A stretch of 64,000 nucleotides of DNA. It comes from Nitrospiria bacterium (GTDB lineage Bacteria > Nitrospirota > Nitrospiria > DASWJH01). The DNA lies in NCBI GenBank assembly GCA_036397255.1, contig DASWJH010000053.1, forward strand, positions 12,772-76,771, read 5' to 3'. The notes below the pieces were generated by a model that was not told the origin of the DNA, did no database searches, and worked only from the letters and a program-made list of their open reading frames with translations. This document shows positions 50,386 to 61,042 of this stretch, piece after piece (position 1 is the first letter of the stretch; each line of letters starts with the position of its first letter). Both the position numbers and the translations under genes were made by a program.

Positions 50386-53130
50386 ATGAATGAAAAAAAT
50401 TCAATTGAAAAAGAAATCTCTTGGCACGCCCTTGGAGTCGAACTGGTCTACCGGGACATTTCAACCCGACCTGAGGGACTGACACATTCAGATGCCGAAT
50501 CCCGTTTGGCCAAATATGGTCTGAATTGTCTGAGCCCGCCAAAGAGGCGGGGGCTTTTGGTCCGTTTTCTGGTTCAATTTCATAATGTCCTGATTTATGT
50601 GCTTTTGGGGGCAGGGGTGGTGACCTCTTTTCTTCAGCACTGGGTGGATTCTGGGGTCATTTTTGGGGTGGTGTTGATCAATGCTCTCATCGGGTTTATT
50701 CAAGAAGGGAAGGCTGAAAGGGCGATGGAAGCCATTCGGACCATGCTTTCTTTAAACGCTTTTGTTCACCGGGAAGGGAAACGTTTCATGGTTCCTGCCG
50801 AAACCTTGGTTCCCGGGGATGTGGTGTTTTTGCAATCCGGGGATAAGGTTCCCGCCGATATTCGACTGATCCGTATTCATGAACTGAGAATTGACGAAGC
50901 CGCCCTCACAGGAGAATCGGTTCCCGTTGGAAAATCGATCGCTCCGGTAGCAGAAAATTCGGTACTGGGGGATAGAACCTGTATGGCCTATTCTGGAACA
51001 CTGGTGACCTATGGTCAGGGAACGGGTGTGGTGATTGCCACGGGAGATGCCACAGAGCTGGGCCGGATCAACCAGATGCTTAAAAAAGTTCAACCGTTGA
51101 CGACCAAACTTTTGGTTCAAATGGCTGAATTTGGCCATCGGTTAACCATTGCCATTATGGCCGTGGCCCTGGCGACATTTGGGTTTGGGGTGCTCATTCG
51201 AAATTATCCGGTCAGTGAGATGTTTCTTGCTGGGGTAGCCCTGGCGGTGGCCGCGATTCCCGAGGGTCTCCCTGCCATTATTACTATTACATTGGCCATC
51301 GGGGTTCAATGTATGGCCCGCCAAAACGCGATTATCCGCAGGCTTCCGGCGGTGGAAACATTGGGGTCCGTCACGGTGATTTGCTCGGATAAAACCGGGA
51401 CCCTTACCCGTAATGAAATGATGGTGCAAGGGGTGGTGACTACGGATGGCCTGTTTGATGTTTCCGGGACGGGATATGATCCCCACGGAGAGTTGTTGTT
51501 GAATGGAAACCTGATCACTGGGGAAGAATATCCGAGTTTGATTGAGGTTTCCCGTGGGGCTCTCCTCTGTAATGATGCGGAACTTCATGAGGAGAATGGA
51601 AAGTGGAAAATCCATGGGGATCCAACGGAGGGTGCTTTAATTCCTCTGGCCATGAAAATGGGATTGAATCCCTCCCTGGAAAAAGAGAATTATCCCCGAA
51701 TGGATATTATCCCGTTTGAATCGGAACACCGGTTTATGGCCACATTGCACCATGACCATGCAGGCCATGGTTTTATTTATGTGAAGGGGGCCCCGGAACG
51801 TTTAATGGAAATGTGCAACCGCCAGTTCCAAAACGGGGATGAGAGGCCATTGGATATTGGGTATTGGCACGGCCGCATGGAGGAAATTGCAGGCGGGGGG
51901 CAGCGTTTGCTGGCTTTGGCCCTGCGGGAAACGGGTACAGACCATTACGCATTGAAATTTTCTGATTTGGACGGGGATCTTACTCTCATAGGAATCTTCG
52001 GGATTACGGACCCTCCTAGAAATGAAGCCGTGGAGGCGGTGAAATTATGTAAAACCGCAGGAATACGCGTAAAAATGATTACAGGGGACCACGCGGTGAC
52101 CGCCCGCGCTATCGGGGCCCAAATGGGAATCGGGGACGGAAAAACCGCAATGACCGGAAAAGACCTGGAAACCCTGGGGAAAGAAGATCTGCGCCGAGCG
52201 GTTCAACAGGTCGATGTATTTGCCCGGGTTAGCCCGGAGCATAAATTGAAGTTGGTTCAGGCCATTCAGGCCAACGGGGAAATTGTTGCAATGACGGGTG
52301 ATGGTGTTAACGACGCCCCCGCCTTAAAGCAGGCGGACGTGGGGGTGGCCATGGGCATTAAAGGAACTGAAGTAGCCAAAGAAGCCTCTGAAATGGTTTT
52401 GGCCGATGACAATTTTGCATCCATCGCCCGTGCAGTTGAAGGAGGACGAACGGTTTATGATAATATCCAAAAAGCCATTGCCTATATTTTACCCACCAGT
52501 GTGGGTGAAGCGGGAATCATTATTGCTGCTATTTTTGCCGGGGGATTGCTGCCCATTACACCGGTTCAAATTCTTTGGGTGAATATGATTACGACGGTGA
52601 CCCTTGCACTTGCATTGGCTTTTGAACCCGCGGAGGCGGGGGTGATGAAACGCCCTCCCCGGAAACCCCGCGAACCGATCCTGTCATTTTTTTTAGTGTG
52701 GCGAATCTTGTTTGTTTCCCTTATTTTTATTGTCGGAACCTTTGGGTTTTTTCTATGGGATCACTTGCATGGAATTCCGATTCAAACCTCCCGTACCCTG
52801 GCTGTGAATACGTTGGTGGTTTTTGAAGTGTTTTACCTTTTGAACACACGGCTTTTAAAAGACTCTGTTCTGAACCGTTCGGGAATGTTGGGGAATCCCT
52901 ATATCTACGTGGCGATCGGCGTGGTAATGTTTGCTCAGATTTTATTCTCCTATGCCCCCTTCATGCAAATCCTTTTCGATACGACTTCCATTACGTTCAT
53001 GGATTGGGCCAGAATTACTTTGGTGGCGGCAACGGTGTTTGTATTGGTGGAAATTGAAAAATGTTTTATTCGAAAACGTGAATTGAGGAAGAAACCCCTT
53101 CCCCATTCGCTTTTGACACAAACCCCTTAG
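50386..53130 (+). CDS. P-type cation-transporting ATPase (Ca2+/Mg2+-type, P2 family), complete
   Basis: 914 aa. Motifs TGES, DKTGTLT, KGAPE and MTGDGVNDAPAL, with 10 predicted TM helices. Confidence 0.9.
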   Translation: MNEKNSIEKEISWHALGVELVYRDISTRPEGLTHSDAESRLAKYGLNCLSPPKRRGLLVRFLVQFHNVLIYVLLGAGVVTSFLQHWVDSGVIFGVVLINALIGFIQEGKAERAMEAIRTMLSLNAFVHREGKRFMVPAETLVPGDVVFLQSGDKVPADIRLIRIHELRIDEAALTGESVPVGKSIAPVAENSVLGDRTCMAYSGTLVTYGQGTGVVIATGDATELGRINQMLKKVQPLTTKLLVQMAEFGHRLTIAIMAVALATFGFGVLIRNYPVSEMFLAGVALAVAAIPEGLPAIITITLAIGVQCMARQNAIIRRLPAVETLGSVTVICSDKTGTLTRNEMMVQGVVTTDGLFDVSGTGYDPHGELLLNGNLITGEEYPSLIEVSRGALLCNDAELHEENGKWKIHGDPTEGALIPLAMKMGLNPSLEKENYPRMDIIPFESEHRFMATLHHDHAGHGFIYVKGAPERLMEMCNRQFQNGDERPLDIGYWHGRMEEIAGGGQRLLALALRETGTDHYALKFSDLDGDLTLIGIFGITDPPRNEAVEAVKLCKTAGIRVKMITGDHAVTARAIGAQMGIGDGKTAMTGKDLETLGKEDLRRAVQQVDVFARVSPEHKLKLVQAIQANGEIVAMTGDGVNDAPALKQADVGVAMGIKGTEVAKEASEMVLADDNFASIARAVEGGRTVYDNIQKAIAYILPTSVGEAGIIIAAIFAGGLLPITPVQILWVNMITTVTLALALAFEPAEAGVMKRPPRKPREPILSFFLVWRILFVSLIFIVGTFGFFLWDHLHGIPIQTSRTLAVNTLVVFEVFYLLNTRLLKDSVLNRSGMLGNPYIYVAIGVVMFAQILFSYAPFMQILFDTTSITFMDWARITLVAATVFVLVEIEKCFIRKRELRKKPLPHSLLTQTP

Positions 53131-53167
53131 TGTTGTGTCTTAGAAATACGTTGAAAAAATCAAGGCC

Positions 53168-53253
53168 GTCATTCCCGCGAAAGCGGGAAACCAGAAGTCA
53201 AAAAACACTGGATTCCGGCTCGTTCCCACTGGCGCGGTAATGGCCGGAATGAC
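53168..53253. repeat. MITE/REP-like palindromic element, copy B (86 bp; inverted repeats gtcattcccgcg / gccggaatgac)
   Basis: It shares with copy A (4591..4717) the terminal repeats and the central ggaa.ccag...caaaaaa...ctggattcc core. Confidence 0.55.
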
Positions 53254-53486
53254 ACAGGAAATAATCAATTTATTTGTGGGCTGAGACACTAAGATGGACC
53301 CTATATAAAATTTTTTAGGGATATTGTGGTTAGCGGCAGGTTGGGTTAAATTGACTTGGGAAACACAATGGTTTTCAACAAAAAAAAAGGGCTTTTTGAA
53401 ATCCTTTGGTTTTCTCGGACAATGGTTTAACCTATCCCGATTGTACTTACAAATTGTAAATTACGACTCTTTTCTAAGGATGAAAT

Positions 53487-56012
53487 ATGACAAATTCGCT
53501 TTATCACCATTTTATTGCTGAAGGTCCAGAGGAACTCCAGGGGCTTTCGGAACTTTCGTTAGACCTACAGTGGACTTGGAGCCATTTCAGCGATCAGCTT
53601 TGGGAAATGATCGATCCCGAGGCGTGGGATCGGACACGCAACCCCTATTATATAATGCAAAGTGCCTCCCGAGCCCGTCTTTTAGAAATAGTCCGGGATG
53701 ATGTGTTAAGGGAAAAAATTCGTGGATGGCTCAATAAACGAAAGGAATATTTGGAAGATAAAGGTTGGTTTGGGAAAACCTATCCCGTGACGGATCTCAA
53801 AAAAATCGCCTATTTCAGTATGGAGTTTGGATTGGGTGAAGCCCTTCCCATCTATTCGGGGGGCCTTGGAATACTTGCAGGAGATTTTCTTAAAACAGCC
53901 AGCGATTTGGGTGTTCCTGTTGTGGGCATTGGCCTACTTTACCAGCAAGGGTATTTTAGGCAGGTGCTCTCAAGTGACGGGTGGCAACTGGAGGCCTTCC
54001 CCTACAATGATCCCACTACTCTTCCAATTGTTCCCGTTCAAAATAAAGAAGGAGGACTTTTACGGGTAAAGGTGGAGCTTCCTGGGAGAACATTGCTGTT
54101 AAGAATTTGGGAGGTATTGGTTGGAAAAGTTAAATTATACCTTTTGGACAGTAATGATCCCTTCAATAGTCCTTGGGACCGTGGTTTAACCTCGAATCTG
54201 TATCCATCTGGAAAGGAACAACGTTTAATCCAGGAAATTGCTTTAGGTCTAGGGGGTTGGTCTGCTCTGGAACAATTGGGTGAAGAGGTTGACGTTCTTC
54301 ACCTCAATGAAGGACACGCCGCTTTTGCCGGTATTGCCCGCGCTCACCAGTATATGAGGGAAACCGGCCAATCTTTTTCTGTTGCCCTCAGAGCGGTGAG
54401 GGCCGGTAATGTATTTACAACCCATACCCCCGTGAAAGCTGCATTTGACCAATTTGATCCAACTTTGGTTGCGCCGTACCTTAAAAGAATTTCTGAAATG
54501 ATGGACATTTCAGACAAACAAATTTTGGCATTGGGACGGAAAAAACCAGAAGATACAAGTGAGCCCTTCAACATGGCCTATTTGGCCATGAATGAAAGCC
54601 GGTATATCAACGGTGTGAGCCAACTTCACGGAAAAGTCAGCCGCCAATTATTTCAGCCTTTATTCCCCCGATGGCCTGAAGAAGAAGTTCCTGTTCAACA
54701 TGTGACCAATGGGGTACACATGCCCAGCTGGGACTCTCAAGCCGCTGATGAACTTTGGACCGCAAAATGCGGAAAAGACCGTTGGCTGGTGGCAACAGGT
54801 GATTTATGTAAGGTGATGGACGAGACTTCTTTTATTGAGATTTGGAATATGCGGACGGCGGGAAGAAAATCTTTGGTTCATTATATTCGAAACCGGTTGG
54901 TTCGCCAATTCAAGGGGGGGGGTAAACCCCCTGAACTGATTGAGCGGGCAAAAAAAGTGCTGGATCCGAATGCGCTTACTTTGGGGTTTGCCAGACGGTT
55001 TACCTCCTACAAACGTCCCACTCTTTTACTTCATGATTCCGAGCGAATGGCAAAAATTCTCCTTAATTCTAAGTATCCGGTCCAATTGATTGTTGCGGGT
55101 AAATCCCATCCCAATGATCAGGAAGGAAAAAAAATGGTTCAATCCATGGCACGGTTTGCCCATCGATTGGATTTATTTAACCATGTTGTTTTCTTGGAAG
55201 ATTATGATATTACTCTGGCCCAACAGTTGGCTGCAGGGATTGATATTTGGATGAATACCCCAAGGAGGCCCAATGAGGCCAGTGGAACCAGTGGGATGAA
55301 GGTTTTGGTCAACGGGGGTTTGAACCTTTCTGAGTTGGATGGGTGGTGGGCCGAAGCCTATACCCCCGAGGTGGGGTGGGGTCTTGGAGATGGAAGGGAA
55401 CACAACGAACCGGTATGGGATGCCATTGAAGCAGAGCAAATGTACACCCTTTTAGAGGAACAGATCATTCGGGAATTTTATACCCGTGACCCACAGGGAA
55501 TCCCCTCCAGGTGGGTAGAGCGCATTCGTAAAAGTATGTCCTCATTAACACCCCATTTTAGTGCTAACCGTATGGTTCGTGAATACACGGAGAAATATTA
55601 TCTTCCGGCTTCGAAAGCAGTTCAAAAGCGAACCGCTCAACAGGGCAAGGTTGCCCTTGAAATTGAAAATTGGTGTAAAACCCTTTCCGAAAACTGGGAA
55701 GAATTACGGTTCGGAGAGGTAAAGGTTGATCAGGAACATGATGAGTGGCATTTCCACGCGCAGGTCTATTGTGGGGAAATAGATCCCTCTTTTATTCAAG
55801 TGGAGGGGTATGCGGAGCCCAAAAATCCTGACCACCCACACCGGTTTGTCATGACCCGAAAGGGGACCATTTCAGGTGCGGTCAATGGTCACCTTTATTT
55901 TGGAAAAATTCCGATTACACGGCCGGCGGATGACTATACCCTTCGGGTGGTTCCCTTTCACCCTGAAGCTGGCGTTCCAATGGAGGCCAATACCATCCTT
56001 TGGCAACGGTAA
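53487..56012 (+). CDS. glgP: alpha-glucan phosphorylase (GT35; long form with a DUF3417 N-terminal domain)
   Basis: 841 aa. DUF3417-like N-terminus (LDLQWTWSHFSDQLWEMIDPEAW). A PLP-site region and GT35 core (EFGLGEALPIYSGGLGILAGD; TNGV). Confidence 0.85.
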   Translation: MTNSLYHHFIAEGPEELQGLSELSLDLQWTWSHFSDQLWEMIDPEAWDRTRNPYYIMQSASRARLLEIVRDDVLREKIRGWLNKRKEYLEDKGWFGKTYPVTDLKKIAYFSMEFGLGEALPIYSGGLGILAGDFLKTASDLGVPVVGIGLLYQQGYFRQVLSSDGWQLEAFPYNDPTTLPIVPVQNKEGGLLRVKVELPGRTLLLRIWEVLVGKVKLYLLDSNDPFNSPWDRGLTSNLYPSGKEQRLIQEIALGLGGWSALEQLGEEVDVLHLNEGHAAFAGIARAHQYMRETGQSFSVALRAVRAGNVFTTHTPVKAAFDQFDPTLVAPYLKRISEMMDISDKQILALGRKKPEDTSEPFNMAYLAMNESRYINGVSQLHGKVSRQLFQPLFPRWPEEEVPVQHVTNGVHMPSWDSQAADELWTAKCGKDRWLVATGDLCKVMDETSFIEIWNMRTAGRKSLVHYIRNRLVRQFKGGGKPPELIERAKKVLDPNALTLGFARRFTSYKRPTLLLHDSERMAKILLNSKYPVQLIVAGKSHPNDQEGKKMVQSMARFAHRLDLFNHVVFLEDYDITLAQQLAAGIDIWMNTPRRPNEASGTSGMKVLVNGGLNLSELDGWWAEAYTPEVGWGLGDGREHNEPVWDAIEAEQMYTLLEEQIIREFYTRDPQGIPSRWVERIRKSMSSLTPHFSANRMVREYTEKYYLPASKAVQKRTAQQGKVALEIENWCKTLSENWEELRFGEVKVDQEHDEWHFHAQVYCGEIDPSFIQVEGYAEPKNPDHPHRFVMTRKGTISGAVNGHLYFGKIPITRPADDYTLRVVPFHPEAGVPMEANTILWQR

Positions 56013-56122
56013 ATATTGAAAAGAGGATTCAGTTGAAACCACACAGCCCCCTCTAATTGGTAGGTTTTCAATCAGGGATGGCTTCCGATTAAAAAGTTTT
56101 TGAAAATAACCGGGATTAACTA

Positions 56123-57391
56123 ATGGATTCAAAAAACAAAACACCTCAAAGCCAGAAGATAGAAAAGGCCGATATTTTAATTGGGATTCCAACCTATAAC
56201 AATGCCGATACCATTGGTCCTTTGGTTGAAACCATCCGTTCAGGTCTAGCCCAAAACTTTCCAAGTCAAAAGTCGGTTTTGGTAATTTCGGATGGGGGTT
56301 CTGAAGATGGGACCACCAAAATAATATCCCAATCCAACGGGAATTTACCCAGTATTTTCCTGACCCATTCATTGGATTCCTCACAAACTTTTTCCTTTCC
56401 TTACCACGGAATCCCTGGACGGGGAACCGCTTTTCAAAAAATTTTGGAAATGGCCAAAGATCTGGAAGTGAAAGCGTGCGCTGTTTTGGATCCTCATCTT
56501 TTTAACCTGACTACCGAGTGGGCTGAAAAGTTATTAGATCCTGTTCTGGAAGAGAATTTTGACCTGGTGGTTCCCTTATTCCACCGCCAACCTTATGATG
56601 GAACCATTACAAAAAGCATCATTTACCCTCTGATACGGGCCCTTTATGGGAAAAGGATCCGCCAGCCCATAGGAGGGGAGTTTTGTTTGAGTGGAGAGTT
56701 TTCAGGAATGATTGTTGCACAAGATTACTGGGAATCGGAAAACGCTGATTTGGGTGTGGATACCTGGTTGGTGACAACAGCCCTTGCACGGCAAAAAAAA
56801 GTGTGTGAGACCTATTGGGGGGTGCGGAACCAGAAAATGAAAAAGACAGGGGTGAACCTTCCCACTTTGGTTAATCAGATTGTAGGGTCGGTTTTTAAGC
56901 AAATGGAAGAGAATGTGAATATCTGGGAATCCATTCGGGGTTCAGAAAGGGTTCCCATTTTCGGCGCTCCACCCAAAACACACCTGGATCCCATCAAGGT
57001 CAATGTTCAACATATGGTCAATGCATTCCAGCTTGGATTGAGGGAATTCTCTCCTCTTTGGGAGGAAATCTTAAGTCCCGATGTTTTAAAAGGGTTACAA
57101 AAATTAAAAATCTCTTCCCAAAATTTGAAAATGCCCGATGACCTGTGGGTTCAAATTATTTATGATTTTGCGCTGGCTTTCTATCGAAGGGCCATTCCCC
57201 ATGACCACTTATTAAAATCTTTGACACCTCTCTACTTAGGCCAAATTGCGTCTTTCATTTTAGAGACTCAGCATGGGGGCGATTCCGAAAGAGAAAAGAA
57301 AATTGAAACCTTATGTTTGGTTTTTGAAAAACAAAAGGAATACCTTGCGATGCAATGGGGTCAATCTAATATTTCTGGAGAACCGTCATGA
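56123..57391 (+). CDS. GT-A fold glycosyltransferase, GpgS-like paralog (copy B of the duplicated module)
   Basis: 422 aa. ILIGIPTYNN...VISDGGSEDGT and YHGIPGRGTAF...VLDPHL motifs, collinear with 21178..22461. Confidence 0.7.
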   Translation: MDSKNKTPQSQKIEKADILIGIPTYNNADTIGPLVETIRSGLAQNFPSQKSVLVISDGGSEDGTTKIISQSNGNLPSIFLTHSLDSSQTFSFPYHGIPGRGTAFQKILEMAKDLEVKACAVLDPHLFNLTTEWAEKLLDPVLEENFDLVVPLFHRQPYDGTITKSIIYPLIRALYGKRIRQPIGGEFCLSGEFSGMIVAQDYWESENADLGVDTWLVTTALARQKKVCETYWGVRNQKMKKTGVNLPTLVNQIVGSVFKQMEENVNIWESIRGSERVPIFGAPPKTHLDPIKVNVQHMVNAFQLGLREFSPLWEEILSPDVLKGLQKLKISSQNLKMPDDLWVQIIYDFALAFYRRAIPHDHLLKSLTPLYLGQIASFILETQHGGDSEREKKIETLCLVFEKQKEYLAMQWGQSNISGEPS

Positions 57392-58092
57392 AAAATTTAT
57401 GGGACACTGCATTCATCGAACCCATGAGAGAGTTTTTGAGGCAAGTGGGATCTTTTCTTCCTCATCTATTTGTGATGCTGGTGATTATTGCCATAGGGTT
57501 TGGGATGGCCTGGGCGATGCTTCACCTGGTTCAACGGCTCCTTGGATTCATGTCGTTTGACCAATTGAGTTCCCGTTTAGGGTTATCCAGGGCCTTAGTG
57601 AAAGGGGGAGTTAAAAACCCTCCCTCTGCCATCATCAGTCAATTTCTCTATTGGGTGATTCTGTTGGCTTTCATCCTTCTAGGGCTAGGTGCCTTGAACC
57701 TGACAGCCGTTGATCAATTCGTTGCCCAAGCGCTTTGGTATATTCCCAAAGTCTTTATTTCTTTTGTGATCCTGGTGGTGGGTTTTATTTTAGGAAATTT
57801 TTTTGGGCAGGCGATTCTCATTGCCGCGGTGAACGCTCAGATTAGGGAAGCCGGACTATTGGGGAAAGGTGTGCGGTTAGGGATCATTCTTTTTTCCGTT
57901 GCCATGGCTTTTGAGCAGCTTGGAATTGCAACACAAATCATTGTTGCGGCGTTTTCAATCGCCTTTGGAGGCATCGTGTTGGCCCTTTCGCTCGCTTGTG
58001 GATTGGGGGGAAAGGACTTGGCCAAGGAAATCATCGAAAAAAAGGTTAAAAAAGAAGGGGAACCCAAAGAGGAAGAGGTCTCTCATTTTTAA
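57388..58092 (+). CDS. MscS-N-terminal-like 'TM-helix' membrane protein with K/E-rich tail (copy B)
   Basis: 234 aa. ATGA overlap with the upstream glycosyltransferase gene. Collinear with 22458..23162. Tail ...CGLGGKDLAKEIIEKKVKKEGEPKEEEVSHF. Confidence 0.65.
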   Translation: MKNLWDTAFIEPMREFLRQVGSFLPHLFVMLVIIAIGFGMAWAMLHLVQRLLGFMSFDQLSSRLGLSRALVKGGVKNPPSAIISQFLYWVILLAFILLGLGALNLTAVDQFVAQALWYIPKVFISFVILVVGFILGNFFGQAILIAAVNAQIREAGLLGKGVRLGIILFSVAMAFEQLGIATQIIVAAFSIAFGGIVLALSLACGLGGKDLAKEIIEKKVKKEGEPKEEEVSHF

Positions 58093-58187
58093 AGGGTTTT
58101 CCATTTTATTTTTTTTTAATTAATTTTAGCGTTTTTAGTTTCAAATGAAATAAAGTTCGCTTAAAAATTCTAATCCGGTGTTATTTT

Positions 58188-58952
58188 ATGATTTGGTTTG
58201 CAGGTCCTCAAGCATGGATTGCCCTTGCCACACTGACCCTTTTGGAAATAGTCCTTGGAATTGATAATATAATTTTTATTTCCATTCTGGCGGGAAAACT
58301 TCCTAAACATCGGCAACAAAAGGCCCGGCGAATCGGCCTGGTTATTGCCATGCTGACCCGGATTGGGCTTTTATTTACACTCTCTTGGTTTATGCACCTC
58401 ACCAAGCCCCTGTTTACCCTCTTTACCACGGATATTTCCTTGCGAGATGTGGTCCTGATTGTTGGAGGGCTGTTTCTTCTCGGTAAAAGCACCTTAGAAA
58501 TTCATGAGAAATTAGAGGGGGTGGAGGGGCAAGCTACGTTTTCGACTGGAGCCACTTTTACCGGTGTGATTATTCAAATTGCATTACTGGACATTGTTTT
58601 TTCTCTGGATTCTGTGATCACCGCCATTGGGTTGGTGGATCAATTAAGCATTATGGTGATAGCCATTGTGATTGCGGTTTTGTTTATGCTTGCTTTTTCA
58701 AAAATGGTTGGGGAATTTGTGGATCGCCATCCCACCATTAAAATGCTGGCTTTGAGCTTTTTGCTTTTGATTGGGCTTGCTCTGATTGCGGAAGGGTTTG
58801 ATGTTCATATCCCAAAGGGGTACATTTATTTTGCTATGGCTTTTTCGGTTTTTGTGGAAATGTTGAATCTAAAATTAAGGGGTCAGAGGGTGGAACCGAT
58901 ACACCTTCGGAAATCCTATGTTCAGGAAAACCAGGAGGGAGCGGATTATTAA
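58188..58952 (+). CDS. TerC-family integral membrane protein
   Basis: 254 aa. TerC signature LLEIVLGIDNIIFISIL plus repeated TM segments. Confidence 0.75.
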   Translation: MIWFAGPQAWIALATLTLLEIVLGIDNIIFISILAGKLPKHRQQKARRIGLVIAMLTRIGLLFTLSWFMHLTKPLFTLFTTDISLRDVVLIVGGLFLLGKSTLEIHEKLEGVEGQATFSTGATFTGVIIQIALLDIVFSLDSVITAIGLVDQLSIMVIAIVIAVLFMLAFSKMVGEFVDRHPTIKMLALSFLLLIGLALIAEGFDVHIPKGYIYFAMAFSVFVEMLNLKLRGQRVEPIHLRKSYVQENQEGADY

Positions 58953-58970
58953 AATGATATAAACACGGAT

Positions 58971-59900
58971 TTACTGATTGGTATTTTCCTTCCTCTGTTT
59001 TGGGGAATTCGTTTTTGAATCCAAAGGGATTTTCCATTTTAAATTAAAATCCCATTTCACTTTTGTAATAAAGGTAAAATTTTCATCCTCCCGGGTTAGG
59101 GGAATTCTGACTCCTGCTCCCAGACCCCATTTTCCGAAATAGGATTTTGGGATGGTCCAAAAGAGGCCGTTATTCAAAATGACATTATTTTCACTACCCC
59201 CACCAATTTCAGTGGTGATATAGGTTAAATCCAATGAGCTTCGTAAATTTTTCGACCAGTAATACACACCGCCGATACTGACTCCCACCGAGTGATCCCG
59301 GCGATCCTGTGCCGGGCGTGCGCGAAAGGGGGGATGGGCGGTTAAATCAAAATCAACATAATAAAAGACCTCTAAATTGGGGAGGGACCTTAAAAAGCGG
59401 GAAAAAACAAGAAAAGGTCTAATGTGAAGGTATTGGTCGGAAATCTCTTCGGGGGGATTCCCAATGGGGAAAACGGTTTCCAACCCGGTGGATATTCGGA
59501 AACCAGGAAGGCGGGACCAGTCGGGGAATCGGTATTTTCCCCATGCAATCAATTCCGACACACCTGATTCTCCTTTGCTCCGAAAGGGATTAACGGAAAA
59601 ACTTTCCAAGGACAGACTCATTTCTAAACGGTCCGTAAACCCATATTTGGCACGGGTTCGATATCGGATGAATTCTTGATCAATCGCATCTGTAAACCGT
59701 GGGTTGAAAGAGATCTCAATTTCTCTCTTTCTTTGAGTTTGAGGTAATTTTCGGTCAAAAGCAGTCTCTTCCGCAGGTTGAAATTCAATGGAAGAATCAG
59801 AATAGTTTTTTCCTTCAGAATTTTCTTGTTGTGCGGGTGCGATGGAAATCCAGGAGGCCAGGGCAATCAATGAAATTATGAAGATTTTAAAAAAGGTCAT
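58971..59900 (-). CDS. Putative outer-membrane beta-barrel protein (MetA/MtrB-PioB-like transporter family?)
   Basis: 309 aa. Signal peptide (LIALASWISIAPAQQ). Alternating amphipathic beta-strand pattern with an aromatic-rich C-terminal segment. Confidence 0.45.
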   Translation of the reverse strand: MTFFKIFIISLIALASWISIAPAQQENSEGKNYSDSSIEFQPAEETAFDRKLPQTQRKREIEISFNPRFTDAIDQEFIRYRTRAKYGFTDRLEMSLSLESFSVNPFRSKGESGVSELIAWGKYRFPDWSRLPGFRISTGLETVFPIGNPPEEISDQYLHIRPFLVFSRFLRSLPNLEVFYYVDFDLTAHPPFRARPAQDRRDHSVGVSIGGVYYWSKNLRSSLDLTYITTEIGGGSENNVILNNGLFWTIPKSYFGKWGLGAGVRIPLTREDENFTFITKVKWDFNLKWKIPLDSKTNSPKQRKENTNQ

Positions 59901-60214
59901 AATTTTTTAAGATTTCTGTGTTTTCATATGGGTAATTGATTATTCCCAATTTTTTTATAGCGTACCAGTGCTATAAGACCATATTTCTATCAAAAAGTAA
60001 CGGGTTCCTGTTTCTCTTGCAGTTCATGCCACTGGTGTTTTAAAGTGTTTTTAGGTTAAGATTTCCACTCCTTTTCCTTTAAAATTCACTTGCAATTGGG
60101 AATTTTCCTTTTCTATTTTTAATTTTGGCCTTTGGGTTGTGAAGGATTTCCTGACCCATATTGAATGCCATTTGAGTGGCGCTGGATTTTTAAAATAAAT
60201 TTGGAGGGTTCGAC

Positions 60215-61042
60215 ATGAATATGAACGAAACGATTTCAGAGATTGGATCATCCATTACCCCGTTGATTCAAGGGATCCTGGAAAAACTTCCTGCTATTTT
60301 CAGTTTTTTTGCATTAATCCTCATTGGGTGGATTTTGGCGAGAATTTTACAGGCTTCCACCTCCCGTGTGATTGGTTTAATGGACCAGTTTGTTCGAACC
60401 CGGTCCATTAAAAGAGAGGGTGTCCCTACCGAAATCGAACGTTCCGTACCCAGTATGATGGGCAAAATTGTTTTTTGGATCATTTTGGTTTTCTTTTTTG
60501 TGGCGGCCACCGAAACCCTTGGGTTATCCATTGTCTCCAACCTCTTGAGCGGGGTAGCGAATTATCTTCCCAATGTTTTGGCGGCAGCACTCATCGGGTT
60601 TGCGGGGTATATCGGAGGAAATCTTGCCAGAGATGCTATTATCCGGGCCATGGTTTCGGCGGGGATTGAGTATGGAGAACTCTTAGCCCGGTTGACTCAG
60701 ATTGCCATTTTTCTAGTGGCCTTTTTGATTGGGATCGATCAAATCGGAATTCAAATCGAATCTCTAGTGGTTTTGATTGCCATGGTTTTTGGAACCGTTC
60801 TTGGGGGAATGGCCCTTGGCTTTGGTTTGGGGGCAAAAACGGTCGTGGGTAATTTAATTGCTTCTCATTATCTGACCCAAACTTACCAAATCGGGCAAAC
60901 CGTTAGGATAGGTGAAATCCAAGGAAGAGTAGAGGAGTTGACCCCTTCCGCTGTGATATTGGAAACACCTGAAGGCCGGGTTTTGATTCCGGCTGGAGAG
61001 TTTAGTAAAAAACATTCCACACTGATTGCCGAGAGGGGTTAG
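60215..61042 (+). CDS. Small-conductance mechanosensitive channel (MscS family)
   Basis: 275 aa. N-terminal TM-helix repeats similar to the 234-aa paralogs. It also carries a C-terminal MscS beta-domain (IGQTVRIGEIQGRVEELTPSAVILETPEGRVLIPAGEF). GGAGGG RBS. Confidence 0.75.
   Translation: MNMNETISEIGSSITPLIQGILEKLPAIFSFFALILIGWILARILQASTSRVIGLMDQFVRTRSIKREGVPTEIERSVPSMMGKIVFWIILVFFFVAATETLGLSIVSNLLSGVANYLPNVLAAALIGFAGYIGGNLARDAIIRAMVSAGIEYGELLARLTQIAIFLVAFLIGIDQIGIQIESLVVLIAMVFGTVLGGMALGFGLGAKTVVGNLIASHYLTQTYQIGQTVRIGEIQGRVEELTPSAVILETPEGRVLIPAGEFSKKHSTLIAERG

Noticed and set aside
59901-60214. Possible M-box (Mg2+) riboswitch upstream of the mscS-mgtE gene group
   Set aside because: Inspection did not reveal the conserved M-box core as I recall it. 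The region is AT-rich without the expected paired elements. Not claimed.
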